A stretch of 36,948 nt of DNA from NCBI GenBank assembly GCA_043811375.1, contig JBDRNJ010000005.1, forward strand, positions 1 through 36,948, written 5' to 3'. Both the position numbers and the translations under genes were made by a program. The first letter of the stretch is position 1; the number at the start of each line of letters is the position of its first letter. Below the pieces are notes generated by a model. That model ran no database searches, was not told where the DNA came from, and was given only the letters and a program-made list of their open reading frames with translations. The DNA comes from a bacterium (GTDB taxonomy: Bacteria > Zixibacteria > MSB-5A5 > GN15 > FEB-12). Positions 8,508 to 16,894 of the stretch are shown here, piece after piece.

Positions 8508-10097
8508 TTAGCTGGTGAGGATCTCTTCAACCTCCTCTTTACCAACCTCCATTATATGTTGAATTCCACTGACTCCCGCTGCTTCAGGAGTCAGGGCGGC
8601 AATATCGTCGCGCGAGATATACTCCGGGCTGAACTTACGGCTGCCGCACATAAGTTGACGCAAGCCCTGAGCCAGCCGCTCATAGTATGTGTACAGGCCG
8701 ATCGCGCCGGTCGGCAGGGCTTCAAATTCCTTATCACCGAGTTCCTTGCGCAATTCACCGGAGGTGACAAAGATTTCGTCCCGGCTTTGACCGAAACGAT
8801 CAACGTATACGGGCAGTTGATGAGCTTCGATAGCCATGCCGATCGTTTTGCCGACCATAGCCGCCGCGATTGGGCCGCGAGCCATGCCGATCAGCTTGAC
8901 ATACGGGGCGCCGAGCGCCAGCCCCTTGAATATCTGGTCCTCGAAAGTGAAACCACCTGCCAGGGCGAGTGCCGGAACGTGCTCGCCCATGTCGTCAAGG
9001 CGCTTGGTGTACTGGTATAGCAAGGAGTGCAACTCTACCGGGGGCATACCCCATTCATTCATCATCCGCCAGGGGCTCATACCGGTGCCGCCACCGGCTC
9101 CATCGACGGTGAGAAGATCGAGCTTGTACTTGGACGCATACTTGATCGCCCGGGCCAGGTCAGCCGGTCCGTAGGCGCCGGTCTTGAGAAAAATGTATTT
9201 CGCCCCGGCTTTACGCAATTCTTCAACTCTGTTGGCAAACCCTTCCTCAGTAACCATGCCCAGGCGCGAGTGTCTTTCGAATTCCTTGAACGAGCCACGC
9301 TCAAACGCCTTAATTACGGCCGGGTCGGTAGGGTTGGGCAGAACCACATAACCACGCTCGTAGAGCATCTGGGCTTTCTTGAGATTCTTGACTTTTACCT
9401 CGCCGCCGATGTTCTTGGCGCCCTGGCCCCATTTGAGTTCCACTACTTCGACGCCCAGTTCCTTAATCGCATACTCCTGGACACCGAGCCGAGTATCCTC
9501 AACGTTCGCCTGTACGATTGTGGCACCGTAGCCGTCGCGCTGGTTGTCCGTGAACAGCTTTACTCGTCGTTTCAAGTCCACGGTATCGATCACCTGACCG
9601 TTTTTGATTTTCGCTTCCGGGTCCATCCCGACCACGTTCTCACCGATAGTCAGGCCGGTACCGGCCAGGGCAGTACCGATTGCCAAACCCTCCCAGTTGT
9701 TCTTGGCGATGTCGGTGGAGCCGATTCCGGGGATGATCCACGGCAAGCGGAACTTCAATCCTTTGTCGTGGCCGAAGGTAACTTCGAGATTGACGTTGGG
9801 GAATATGGCCTTGTCGCTGTCGGCTTCAATCCCGTGAGCTCCCACGGCCGTACCCATAATGTTGAAATGTGAGTAATCAATGGGGTAGGTTTTCTCGGAT
9901 GCCGTGGTAATGACCCCGAACGGTTGGGGGTAGATTACTTCATGGCCTCGGTAAGCTGATTTTCCGATTTCGCACATACCGATGCAGCCATCCACACAGG
10001 TGACGCACATACCCGAATTCGGGGAAATCGAACCTTCGGTGCGATTCTTGGTCAGAGTTGCGGCTGAGGCATTAATTTTTGATAAAGTTATTGACAT
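8508..10097 (-). CDS. FMN-binding glutamate synthase family protein (standalone synthase domain, 529 aa)
   Basis: ELKWGQGAKNIGGE, LKTG, TVDGAGGGTG and LAGG..KGLALGA motifs of the GltB FMN barrel. N-terminal CxxCxxxCxxxC. Start moved to ATG 10097 after GGAGGA. Confidence 0.85.
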   Translation of the reverse strand: MSITLSKINASAATLTKNRTEGSISPNSGMCVTCVDGCIGMCEIGKSAYRGHEVIYPQPFGVITTASEKTYPIDYSHFNIMGTAVGAHGIEADSDKAIFPNVNLEVTFGHDKGLKFRLPWIIPGIGSTDIAKNNWEGLAIGTALAGTGLTIGENVVGMDPEAKIKNGQVIDTVDLKRRVKLFTDNQRDGYGATIVQANVEDTRLGVQEYAIKELGVEVVELKWGQGAKNIGGEVKVKNLKKAQMLYERGYVVLPNPTDPAVIKAFERGSFKEFERHSRLGMVTEEGFANRVEELRKAGAKYIFLKTGAYGPADLARAIKYASKYKLDLLTVDGAGGGTGMSPWRMMNEWGMPPVELHSLLYQYTKRLDDMGEHVPALALAGGFTFEDQIFKGLALGAPYVKLIGMARGPIAAAMVGKTIGMAIEAHQLPVYVDRFGQSRDEIFVTSGELRKELGDKEFEALPTGAIGLYTYYERLAQGLRQLMCGSRKFSPEYISRDDIAALTPEAAGVSGIQHIMEVGKEEVEEILTS

Positions 10098-10119
10098 TCT
10101 TCTTCCTCCGGTGCCAATC

Positions 10120-10803
10120 TCAATCTTTCTTGATTTCACATGCCACACAGGGCTCCATGTAACACATCATATCGTCAAATTTTTCTTTCTCAATGCAGGG
10201 TGGACCCAGGTTGGCGCAGCCTCCACAGATTGCCTTATCAGGCTCAGTGTAGGTGCATCTGAGTGAGCAGGCCGGGCAGACATAGATGCATCCCCCACAT
10301 TGGCGGCAGACCTCCGATTTAACATCGAACGGGGTGCCGATACTCCGATTCTGGCCGCGGCCGCGGAAACCGATAGCCTTGGCCATCATCTGCTCTTCGC
10401 ACATTCGTACGCACAACCCGCACAGGATGCAGTCCTCATGTTCCTGCCGGAATCGTTGCTGACGGACGTTGTGCGCGGAGGCCAGGTCCTGTATGATTTT
10501 CGACTGAGGACACGAGGCTAACAGCAGTTCCAGAATCATCTTGCGGGCTCTCACAACGCGTGATGACGCCGTACGAACCTTCAGCCCTTCTTCGACCGGA
10601 TAAGTGCATGAGGACACCATCCTGGCCCTGGGACCTTCTCCGATTTCCACGACACATAGCCGGCAGGCACCGTAAGGAGAAAGACCCTCCATGTGGCACA
10701 GGGTGGGGATAGGGAAACCGAGGAATTGGGCCGCTTCCAGCAGGGTTGTGCCCTTTTCCACCGAGACTTTCAAACCATTTATGTAAAGTGTGACCATGCT
10801 CAT
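10120..10803 (-). CDS. NuoG/HydA N-terminal-like Fe-S protein ([2Fe-2S] plus 2x[4Fe-4S]) with a Cys-rich tail
   Basis: IPTLC..GACRLC..SC, CILCGLCVRMC and CRQCGGCIYVCP. No H-cluster or molybdopterin domain. Confidence 0.85.
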   Translation of the reverse strand: MSMVTLYINGLKVSVEKGTTLLEAAQFLGFPIPTLCHMEGLSPYGACRLCVVEIGEGPRARMVSSCTYPVEEGLKVRTASSRVVRARKMILELLLASCPQSKIIQDLASAHNVRQQRFRQEHEDCILCGLCVRMCEEQMMAKAIGFRGRGQNRSIGTPFDVKSEVCRQCGGCIYVCPACSLRCTYTEPDKAICGGCANLGPPCIEKEKFDDMMCYMEPCVACEIKKD

Positions 10804-13800
10804 TTTTCTCCAACTATGGCAGGCCTGGCTTCTATTTCGGTTTCAACCACTTTGGGATTGGTGAATTCCAGATCACATCGCAGGCATCGGCAGGCCTCAT
10901 GGGTTGCCTCATCGATGGAGAGTGATACTTCCACCTCGGCAAAGTTGCGTTTACGCCATTCTGCCGGTGCGCGCGGGGTTTCAACGCGATCCGTTGGCAG
11001 TACCTCTTCTGCATCCACTTTGACCGGCTCGACGTAGACCTTCGGCAGACGTGGCTCAGCCGGTTGCACCAACTCCTCGTTCCGCACAAAATGATCGATC
11101 ATCACCGCCGCCTTCTTGCCGGCCGCGATGGCTTCAACTACTGTATTGGGACCGGTGACGACATCACCTGCGGCAAATACTCCCGGACGGTTGGTAAGAA
11201 GCGTAGCCGGATCGACCTTAACAGTGTTGGCCCTGGTTGTCTCTATTCGACTCAGTCGGGCTGGTCCGATAGCATCAACCCCCGAATCCTCGCCTATGGC
11301 TACAACCAGTGTATCAAGTTCAATCACATGTTCTGTACCTTTTTGAGGAACCGGCCGGCGGCGCCCACTGGAGTCGATGTCGCCCAACTCGTTCCGAACA
11401 CATTCAAGACCCGACAGGTGTCCGTCTTTGGTAATGACCTTTGTGGGTGTGACCAGCGTCTGGATATTGATTCCTTCCTGGTCCGCGGCCTCAATCTCTT
11501 CAGCAAAAGCAGGCATTTCGTCGCGTGTCCGGCGGTAAAGGATTGTGACACTTTTGACATCTTTCTGACGCAGAGCCATTCGTGCGGCGTCAATGGCAGA
11601 GTTGCCACCACCAATAACACCGATCCGACCTTGAGCCAGATATTCACCTCTCATATTCAAAGCCTTAAGGAATTCAATTGACGGGTAAACGCCGTCGACA
11701 TCCTCGTTCTCAAGCTGGAGCGGTCGGCTCTTATGCGCCCCTAATGCCAGTAAAACCGCCTTATAGCCGTCCTTAAACAAGTCATCAACAGTAATATCAC
11801 GTCCCAGCGCAGTGTTGCATTTGATTGTAATGTTTTCATCCAGAAGAGCATTTATCTCGTTTCTGATGACTTCCCGCGGCAGACGATAGGACGGAATGGC
11901 GCAGAGGAGCATCCCTCCAGTCTCATTCTCAACTTCGAAAACGGTTACTTTATAGCCCTTCAAAGACAGATAATGAGCTGTGGTGAGACCGGCGGGGCCG
12001 GAGCCGATTATCGCCACCTGGGGAGGCTCACCATCGGTCCAGGCCACTCTTTGTGGTTTGTATACCGACGGGTCAATGCGGTCGGTGATGAAACGCTTGA
12101 GGGCCCGAATGGCCACCGGCTCGCCTCCGCTGGTACCCGCCCGGCATCTCTCTTCGCATGGATGATGGCAGACCCTTCCGCATACCGACGGGAAAGGATT
12201 TGCTTCGCGGATGACTTGATAAGCGTTTTCGTACTCACCGCGTGTAATGTGAGCAACGTAGCGCCAGGCTTCTGTGCCGAGCGGACAGGCCGACTGGCAG
12301 GGAGCTCCCACCAACTCCTTACAAACAAAGGCGTCGCATCTTTTATCCCTGATATGCCGCTCGTACTCATTGCGGAAATAGCGCAGGGTGCTCAGGACCG
12401 GGTTGGCGGCCGATTGTCCCAGGCCGCACATGGTGGTGTCTTTCACAACATATGCCAACTCCTCGAGCAGGTCGAGATCCTCAAACGTTGCTTTGCCTTT
12501 GGAAATGTCGTCGAGGATTTCGTGCATCCGCTGGGTGCCCTTTCGACAGGTGAAACACTTGCCGCAGGACTCGTCTTTGAGGAAGTTCATGAAGTACTTG
12601 GCGAAATCGACCATACAGGTGTTTTCGTCCACAACAATCATGCCGCCGGAACCCATCATCGACCCGGCCTTAGCCAGACTCTCATAATCGATGGAGAGAT
12701 CAAACATACCGGCCGGTATACGGCCACCCGACGGTCCGCCAGTCTGCACCGCTTTGATCTTTGCTTTACTGACCGAGCCACCGCCGATATCATAGACGAC
12801 TTCGCTGATCTTCATACCCAGCGGGACCTCGACCAGACCGGTGTTTCTGATCTTCCCCACCAGGGAGAATATCTTCGTTCCGGTATTGCCGGGCACGCCT
12901 ACCTTGGCGTATTCTTCACCTCCGCGGTCGATGATAACATGAATGTTGGCCAGCGTCTCCACGTTGTTGATACAGGTGGGATGGCCCCATAATCCCTTCT
13001 CAATAGGGTACGGCGGCCGCCGGCGCGGTTCGCCCATGAACCCTTCGACGGACTTGATTAGCGCCGTTTCTTCACCACAGACAAAAGCGCCGGCGCCACG
13101 GACAATATCGATATCGAAGTCAATACCGGTACCGAGGATATTTTTTCCTAAAAGGCCGGCTTCCCGCGTCCGGCGCAAAGCGATTAGAGTATGCTTAATG
13201 GCCAGGGGATACTCGCTGCGTACGTATATCAAACCTTGGGTGGCACCGATTGCAATGCCTGCAATTAGCATCCCCTCAATGATAGTGTGAGGGTTACCCT
13301 CGAGAAGGCTGCGATCCATGTATGCTCCCGGATCGCCCTCGTCAGCATTGCAGATAACATACTTTTGTTCATGTCCGTTACCGGAAGCTCGAGCCAACTC
13401 CCACTTCTTTCCGGTGGGAAACCCCGCACCACCACGACCTCTTAAACCTGATTTCTGTACCTCACTGATAATCCAATCCGGATCAGGGTTAGACAGTACT
13501 TTCTCTGTCGCAGCGTATCCGTTCTGTTCGACATAGTTTAGAATTCTTATGGGATCCAGTTTCTGGTTATCACCCAGGATGGTACGCGTTTGCTTCTTAA
13601 AGAACGGAATTTCGGTCTGGCAATGGTAACTCTTTCGTTTGTGCGGCTCATTGTAGATGAGACCTTCATCTATGAAGCCGCCCACGGCAGCTTCTACGAC
13701 CCTCGGCACATCCTCCATCTTGAGCCTGGGGTATAGATGTTGGCCGGGCTCCACGACAATAAACGGGTCCATCTCACAAAAGCCCTGGCATCCGGTAATC

Positions 13801-13997
13801 CTGATGGCGATTTTTTCTTGCATTGATCGCTCAAGGATGTATCGTTTGATAACCCTGATGACATCGTTGGAACCGCTTGCCTGCCCTCCTGTTCCGGCGC
13901 AGATAACCAGGGTCGGCCGATCGTACTCAACATCTTTTTCAGCAAGAATACGCCGACGAAAATCAGAGAATTCCTGAACTGTTGAAAACTTCCTCAT
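10800..13997 (-). CDS. NuoF/HydB-like FMN/NADH subunit fused to a GltD-like FAD/NADPH domain
   Basis: NuoF part: SGLRGRGGAGFPTG, CNADEGDPGAYMDR, FVCGEETAL, ESCGKCFTCR, CGLG. GltD part: PCQSACP, NPFPSVCGRVCHHPCE, GSGPAG, GGGNSAID..YRR, EACRCLRC. Confidence 0.9.
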   Translation of the reverse strand: MRKFSTVQEFSDFRRRILAEKDVEYDRPTLVICAGTGGQASGSNDVIRVIKRYILERSMQEKIAIRITGCQGFCEMDPFIVVEPGQHLYPRLKMEDVPRVVEAAVGGFIDEGLIYNEPHKRKSYHCQTEIPFFKKQTRTILGDNQKLDPIRILNYVEQNGYAATEKVLSNPDPDWIISEVQKSGLRGRGGAGFPTGKKWELARASGNGHEQKYVICNADEGDPGAYMDRSLLEGNPHTIIEGMLIAGIAIGATQGLIYVRSEYPLAIKHTLIALRRTREAGLLGKNILGTGIDFDIDIVRGAGAFVCGEETALIKSVEGFMGEPRRRPPYPIEKGLWGHPTCINNVETLANIHVIIDRGGEEYAKVGVPGNTGTKIFSLVGKIRNTGLVEVPLGMKISEVVYDIGGGSVSKAKIKAVQTGGPSGGRIPAGMFDLSIDYESLAKAGSMMGSGGMIVVDENTCMVDFAKYFMNFLKDESCGKCFTCRKGTQRMHEILDDISKGKATFEDLDLLEELAYVVKDTTMCGLGQSAANPVLSTLRYFRNEYERHIRDKRCDAFVCKELVGAPCQSACPLGTEAWRYVAHITRGEYENAYQVIREANPFPSVCGRVCHHPCEERCRAGTSGGEPVAIRALKRFITDRIDPSVYKPQRVAWTDGEPPQVAIIGSGPAGLTTAHYLSLKGYKVTVFEVENETGGMLLCAIPSYRLPREVIRNEINALLDENITIKCNTALGRDITVDDLFKDGYKAVLLALGAHKSRPLQLENEDVDGVYPSIEFLKALNMRGEYLAQGRIGVIGGGNSAIDAARMALRQKDVKSVTILYRRTRDEMPAFAEEIEAADQEGINIQTLVTPTKVITKDGHLSGLECVRNELGDIDSSGRRRPVPQKGTEHVIELDTLVVAIGEDSGVDAIGPARLSRIETTRANTVKVDPATLLTNRPGVFAAGDVVTGPNTVVEAIAAGKKAAVMIDHFVRNEELVQPAEPRLPKVYVEPVKVDAEEVLPTDRVETPRAPAEWRKRNFAEVEVSLSIDEATHEACRCLRCDLEFTNPKVVETEIEARPAIVGEK

Positions 13998-14034
13998 TTA
14001 GCGATCTCTCCTCAAAGCAAACAGCGACCAAACA

Positions 14035-14886
14035 CTAATCCAGTGAGGCTCCAGCCAAATCCAACATGTGACCCTTACATCCGCGGCGGGAGCAGATTTG
14101 GACTACTCCGCCTCCGCGCACGATCATCGGCACCATTTGTGCGCCACACTCACTGCACTCTGAACTGCCGATCAGTTCGGAATGACAGTGAGGGCAGAAT
14201 ATCTGAACGATAGTGTCGGGGGGAATTTCATATTCCGAGGTTACTTCATAGCTCCCATAGAGACTCGATAGCATCATCCAACCATGTTTGTTGCCGAAAG
14301 AAACCGTTACTCGAACAGGCGGGTGGCCGTCGATCACGTGCCGGGAATCCATCAGGCTGTGGTTGCAGCGGGAGCAACTGACCTCGAGCGGAAACACGCG
14401 TTGATCAGTGTCGATTTCGATCTTGTCCAGACCGGTACGAACCTCATCAAGGATACCCTTGACCATCGAAGTCTTAACATTGGGGAAGTAGTGGCCGTCA
14501 ACGACAACCACCGGACCAAGAGCGCAGGCACCCAGGCAGTTAACTGCTTCCAGTGTATACTCATTGTCCAGCGTTGTTTCGCCGGCTTTGATGCCCAACT
14601 GCTTTTCAATTTCCTCCGCAATGGCCGGTCCACCACGCACGTGGCACGCGGTTCCGAGGCAAACGGAAACAAGATGCTTCCCACGCGGTTGAAGACTGAA
14701 CGCTTTGTAAAACGTTGCCACGCCGTAAATGTCAACCAGTGAGCGACCGGTTTTTTCGGCGACGTCTCGGAGGGCATCTTCGGGAAGATAGCTATATTTG
14801 GACTGTATCTTCTCCAGGATAGAGATTAGACCTCCCTCTGTGGAGTCGTCCTTATTTGTCATTGTCGAGATTTCGTCAGCAGTCAT
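14035..14886 (-). CDS. NuoE/HydC-like [2Fe-2S] subunit with a C-terminal Cys-rich extension
   Basis: VATFYKAF, CLGTACHVRG and CLGACALGP motifs, then extra CSRC, CPHC, CSEC and CSRRGC. Confidence 0.88.
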   Translation of the reverse strand: MTADEISTMTNKDDSTEGGLISILEKIQSKYSYLPEDALRDVAEKTGRSLVDIYGVATFYKAFSLQPRGKHLVSVCLGTACHVRGGPAIAEEIEKQLGIKAGETTLDNEYTLEAVNCLGACALGPVVVVDGHYFPNVKTSMVKGILDEVRTGLDKIEIDTDQRVFPLEVSCSRCNHSLMDSRHVIDGHPPVRVTVSFGNKHGWMMLSSLYGSYEVTSEYEIPPDTIVQIFCPHCHSELIGSSECSECGAQMVPMIVRGGGVVQICSRRGCKGHMLDLAGASLD

Positions 14887-14908
14887 TTCTCCCTACCACT
14901 ACCAAACG

Positions 14909-15241
14909 CTATTCATATTCTTCGCAATGCCAGACGCCACCTTTTGGCCTCGGAAGCATGCAACTATCTACGTGCCTGCAGTTTACGCAAAGGCCCTTAA
15001 TTTCATCAGATACCTTTTGTTCTGATCGCATTCCAATGACAGGAACGATACACTTAGCAGTGTCACCATCGGAAAAACCGTAGCCATCAAACATCTCGCA
15101 GTAAATCGCATCCGAACCGCGACGTGTTCGGTGGACGCAGTCTTTGGCGTTATTGCAGGTCACACATAGTCCGACAAACAGTCTCGCCGCTGACATAGCG
15201 GTGCCCTCCACTAGTTCGTTTTCCAACAACTGAACTCTCAT
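14909..15241 (-). CDS. Small protein with two 4-Cys repeats (putative metal binding)
   Basis: GLCVTCNNAKDC..YCEMF and GLCVNCRHVDSC..HCEEY; GGAGGAG RBS. Confidence 0.75.
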   Translation of the reverse strand: MRVQLLENELVEGTAMSAARLFVGLCVTCNNAKDCVHRTRRGSDAIYCEMFDGYGFSDGDTAKCIVPVIGMRSEQKVSDEIKGLCVNCRHVDSCMLPRPKGGVWHCEEYE

Positions 15242-15315
15242 GACTCTATCTCCTCCAACACGAATTCATTTTCAACTCGTAGCCACAATCTATCCGCTTC
15301 ACTTCTCGCCGGCTT

Positions 15316-15332
15316 AGCAACATGTGTGCCAA
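15316..15332 (-). promoter_or_regulatory. Sigma54 -24/-12 promoter
   Basis: Minus strand TTGGCACACATGTTGCT is an exact TGGCAC-N5-TTGC match. It lies upstream of the operon and beside a sigma54 activator gene. Confidence 0.88.
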
Positions 15333-15547
15333 AGCCTCAAACTCTGAAGAGAGTTACTGTTTCAATCGGACGGAGCGGTCGTTGCGGTCGGTTATCTGTT
15401 TGTGGGGCACCCAGATACGTGGGGGTGACTATACGAAGGTTTCCTGGATGCTGCTGCTTGCAACACCTGATCACATTATCAGGGATAGGAAGATAGCGGG
15501 GTAATTCGCACCACCGGAGAGAAATTCCCCGGCAGAGTTGGTCAAAT

Positions 15548-16894
15548 CTATGTAGGTTTATCCTCTTTCAGTTTTTCCCTGAGAGTCTTCCTGTCGATAC
15601 CGAGTATCTCAGCCGCGCGTGTCTTGTTGCCGCCTACGCCTGCCAACACATTGCGAATATGTTCCTTCTCCACTTCAGCCAGCGTGGAATGCAATCCTGT
15701 CTGACGCGGAGCCGAAAACCGCATCAATGAGGGTAAATCGGAAGCATTGATGAAATCGCTTTCGGTCATAACTGCCAGACGCTGAATGACGTTTTCCAGT
15801 TCCCTGACATTGCCCGGCCAGTCATAAGTCTTCATAGCTCTCAGAGCATCATCGGAAAAACGTATGGGGGGCTTATCGGCTTCCTGTGCGTACTTGTTGG
15901 CGAAGTGGTGTACGAGAAGGAGGATATCGTTGTCTCTCTCACTGAGTGGTGGAACGGCGATAGTGATGACACTGAGACGGAAGTAGAGATCTTGACGGAA
16001 AAGCTCCTTTTTGACGAGGTCTTGCAGGTTTTTATTAGTTGCCGCCACTATGCGCACATCGACTTTTCTGGTGCGTCCGTCGCCGACCATACAGACTTCC
16101 TTGTCCTGAAGGACGCGGAGCAGTTTGACTTGCATGGCCACACTGGTTTCGCTGATCTCGTCAAGAAAGATGGTCCCCCCATCCGCCGTCTGAAAAAAGC
16201 CGGCGCGTGTTTCAGTTGCCCCGGTGAAAGCGCCCCTGACGTGTCCGAACAACTCACTTTCCAGCAGACCCTCAGGAATACCTCCGCAATTGATGGGGAC
16301 AAACGGGGCTGACGATCGCGGGCTGTTATAGTGAATCGCCCGCGCGACCAGTTCCTTGCCGGTACCGCTCTCACCGGTTATCAGGACGGTCGCCGGTGTC
16401 GTGGCGGCTTTCCTGATGGCCTTGAAGACCTTCAGTATGGGGTCTGATTCTCCCAGGATGCCCGATAACTCCGACATACCCTGTTCTGATCCGGTAAGTG
16501 CTGCTCGACGAGCCCGGAGCTTGTCAAAGGCAAGTTTCACTGCATCAAAGAGTTCATCGTCGGTAAAAGGCTTGGCCAGATAATCCTCCGCCCCGAACTT
16601 CACTGCCTCAACTGCGCCGACAATAGAAGCGTAACCGGTAATCATCATGATTTCGGTGTCCTGGAAGTTCTCGCGAACGTGCCTGACCAGGTCGAGGCCG
16701 CTGACTCGTGGCATCCTGTAGTCAGTGATGACAAGGTCAATCGACTCTTTTTCCAGAACTTGGAGGGCTTGATCTACACCCGGCGCCGTGAACACCTGGT
16801 ACCCTTTTGATGACAAGTTACGCCGAAGCACTTCCAGCGTTTCGGCAGCATCATCCACGACCAGAATATGCTTTTTCGTTTTTGATTCAGCCAT
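15548..16894 (-). CDS. Sigma54-dependent NtrC/AtoC-family response regulator
   Basis: REC domain; [19 protein letters not shown] and [10 protein letters not shown] motifs; Fis HTH ([17 protein letters not shown]). Confidence 0.96.
   Translation of the reverse strand: MAESKTKKHILVVDDAAETLEVLRRNLSSKGYQVFTAPGVDQALQVLEKESIDLVITDYRMPRVSGLDLVRHVRENFQDTEIMMITGYASIVGAVEAVKFGAEDYLAKPFTDDELFDAVKLAFDKLRARRAALTGSEQGMSELSGILGESDPILKVFKAIRKAATTPATVLITGESGTGKELVARAIHYNSPRSSAPFVPINCGGIPEGLLESELFGHVRGAFTGATETRAGFFQTADGGTIFLDEISETSVAMQVKLLRVLQDKEVCMVGDGRTRKVDVRIVAATNKNLQDLVKKELFRQDLYFRLSVITIAVPPLSERDNDILLLVHHFANKYAQEADKPPIRFSDDALRAMKTYDWPGNVRELENVIQRLAVMTESDFINASDLPSLMRFSAPRQTGLHSTLAEVEKEHIRNVLAGVGGNKTRAAEILGIDRKTLREKLKEDKPT

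Noticed and set aside
10098..10148. ORF-track start of the glutamate synthase-like gene at 10148
   Set aside because: It overlaps the upstream gene; ATG 10097 has a GGAGGA RBS.
5232..14742. Long plus-strand ORFs such as 9027-9872 and 11973-12992
   Set aside because: Antisense shadows of well-supported minus-strand genes, with no recognisable motifs.
10120..14886. Respiratory complex I or an [FeFe]-hydrogenase operon
   Set aside because: No membrane nuo genes, no H-cluster motifs and no NiFe or molybdopterin subunit.
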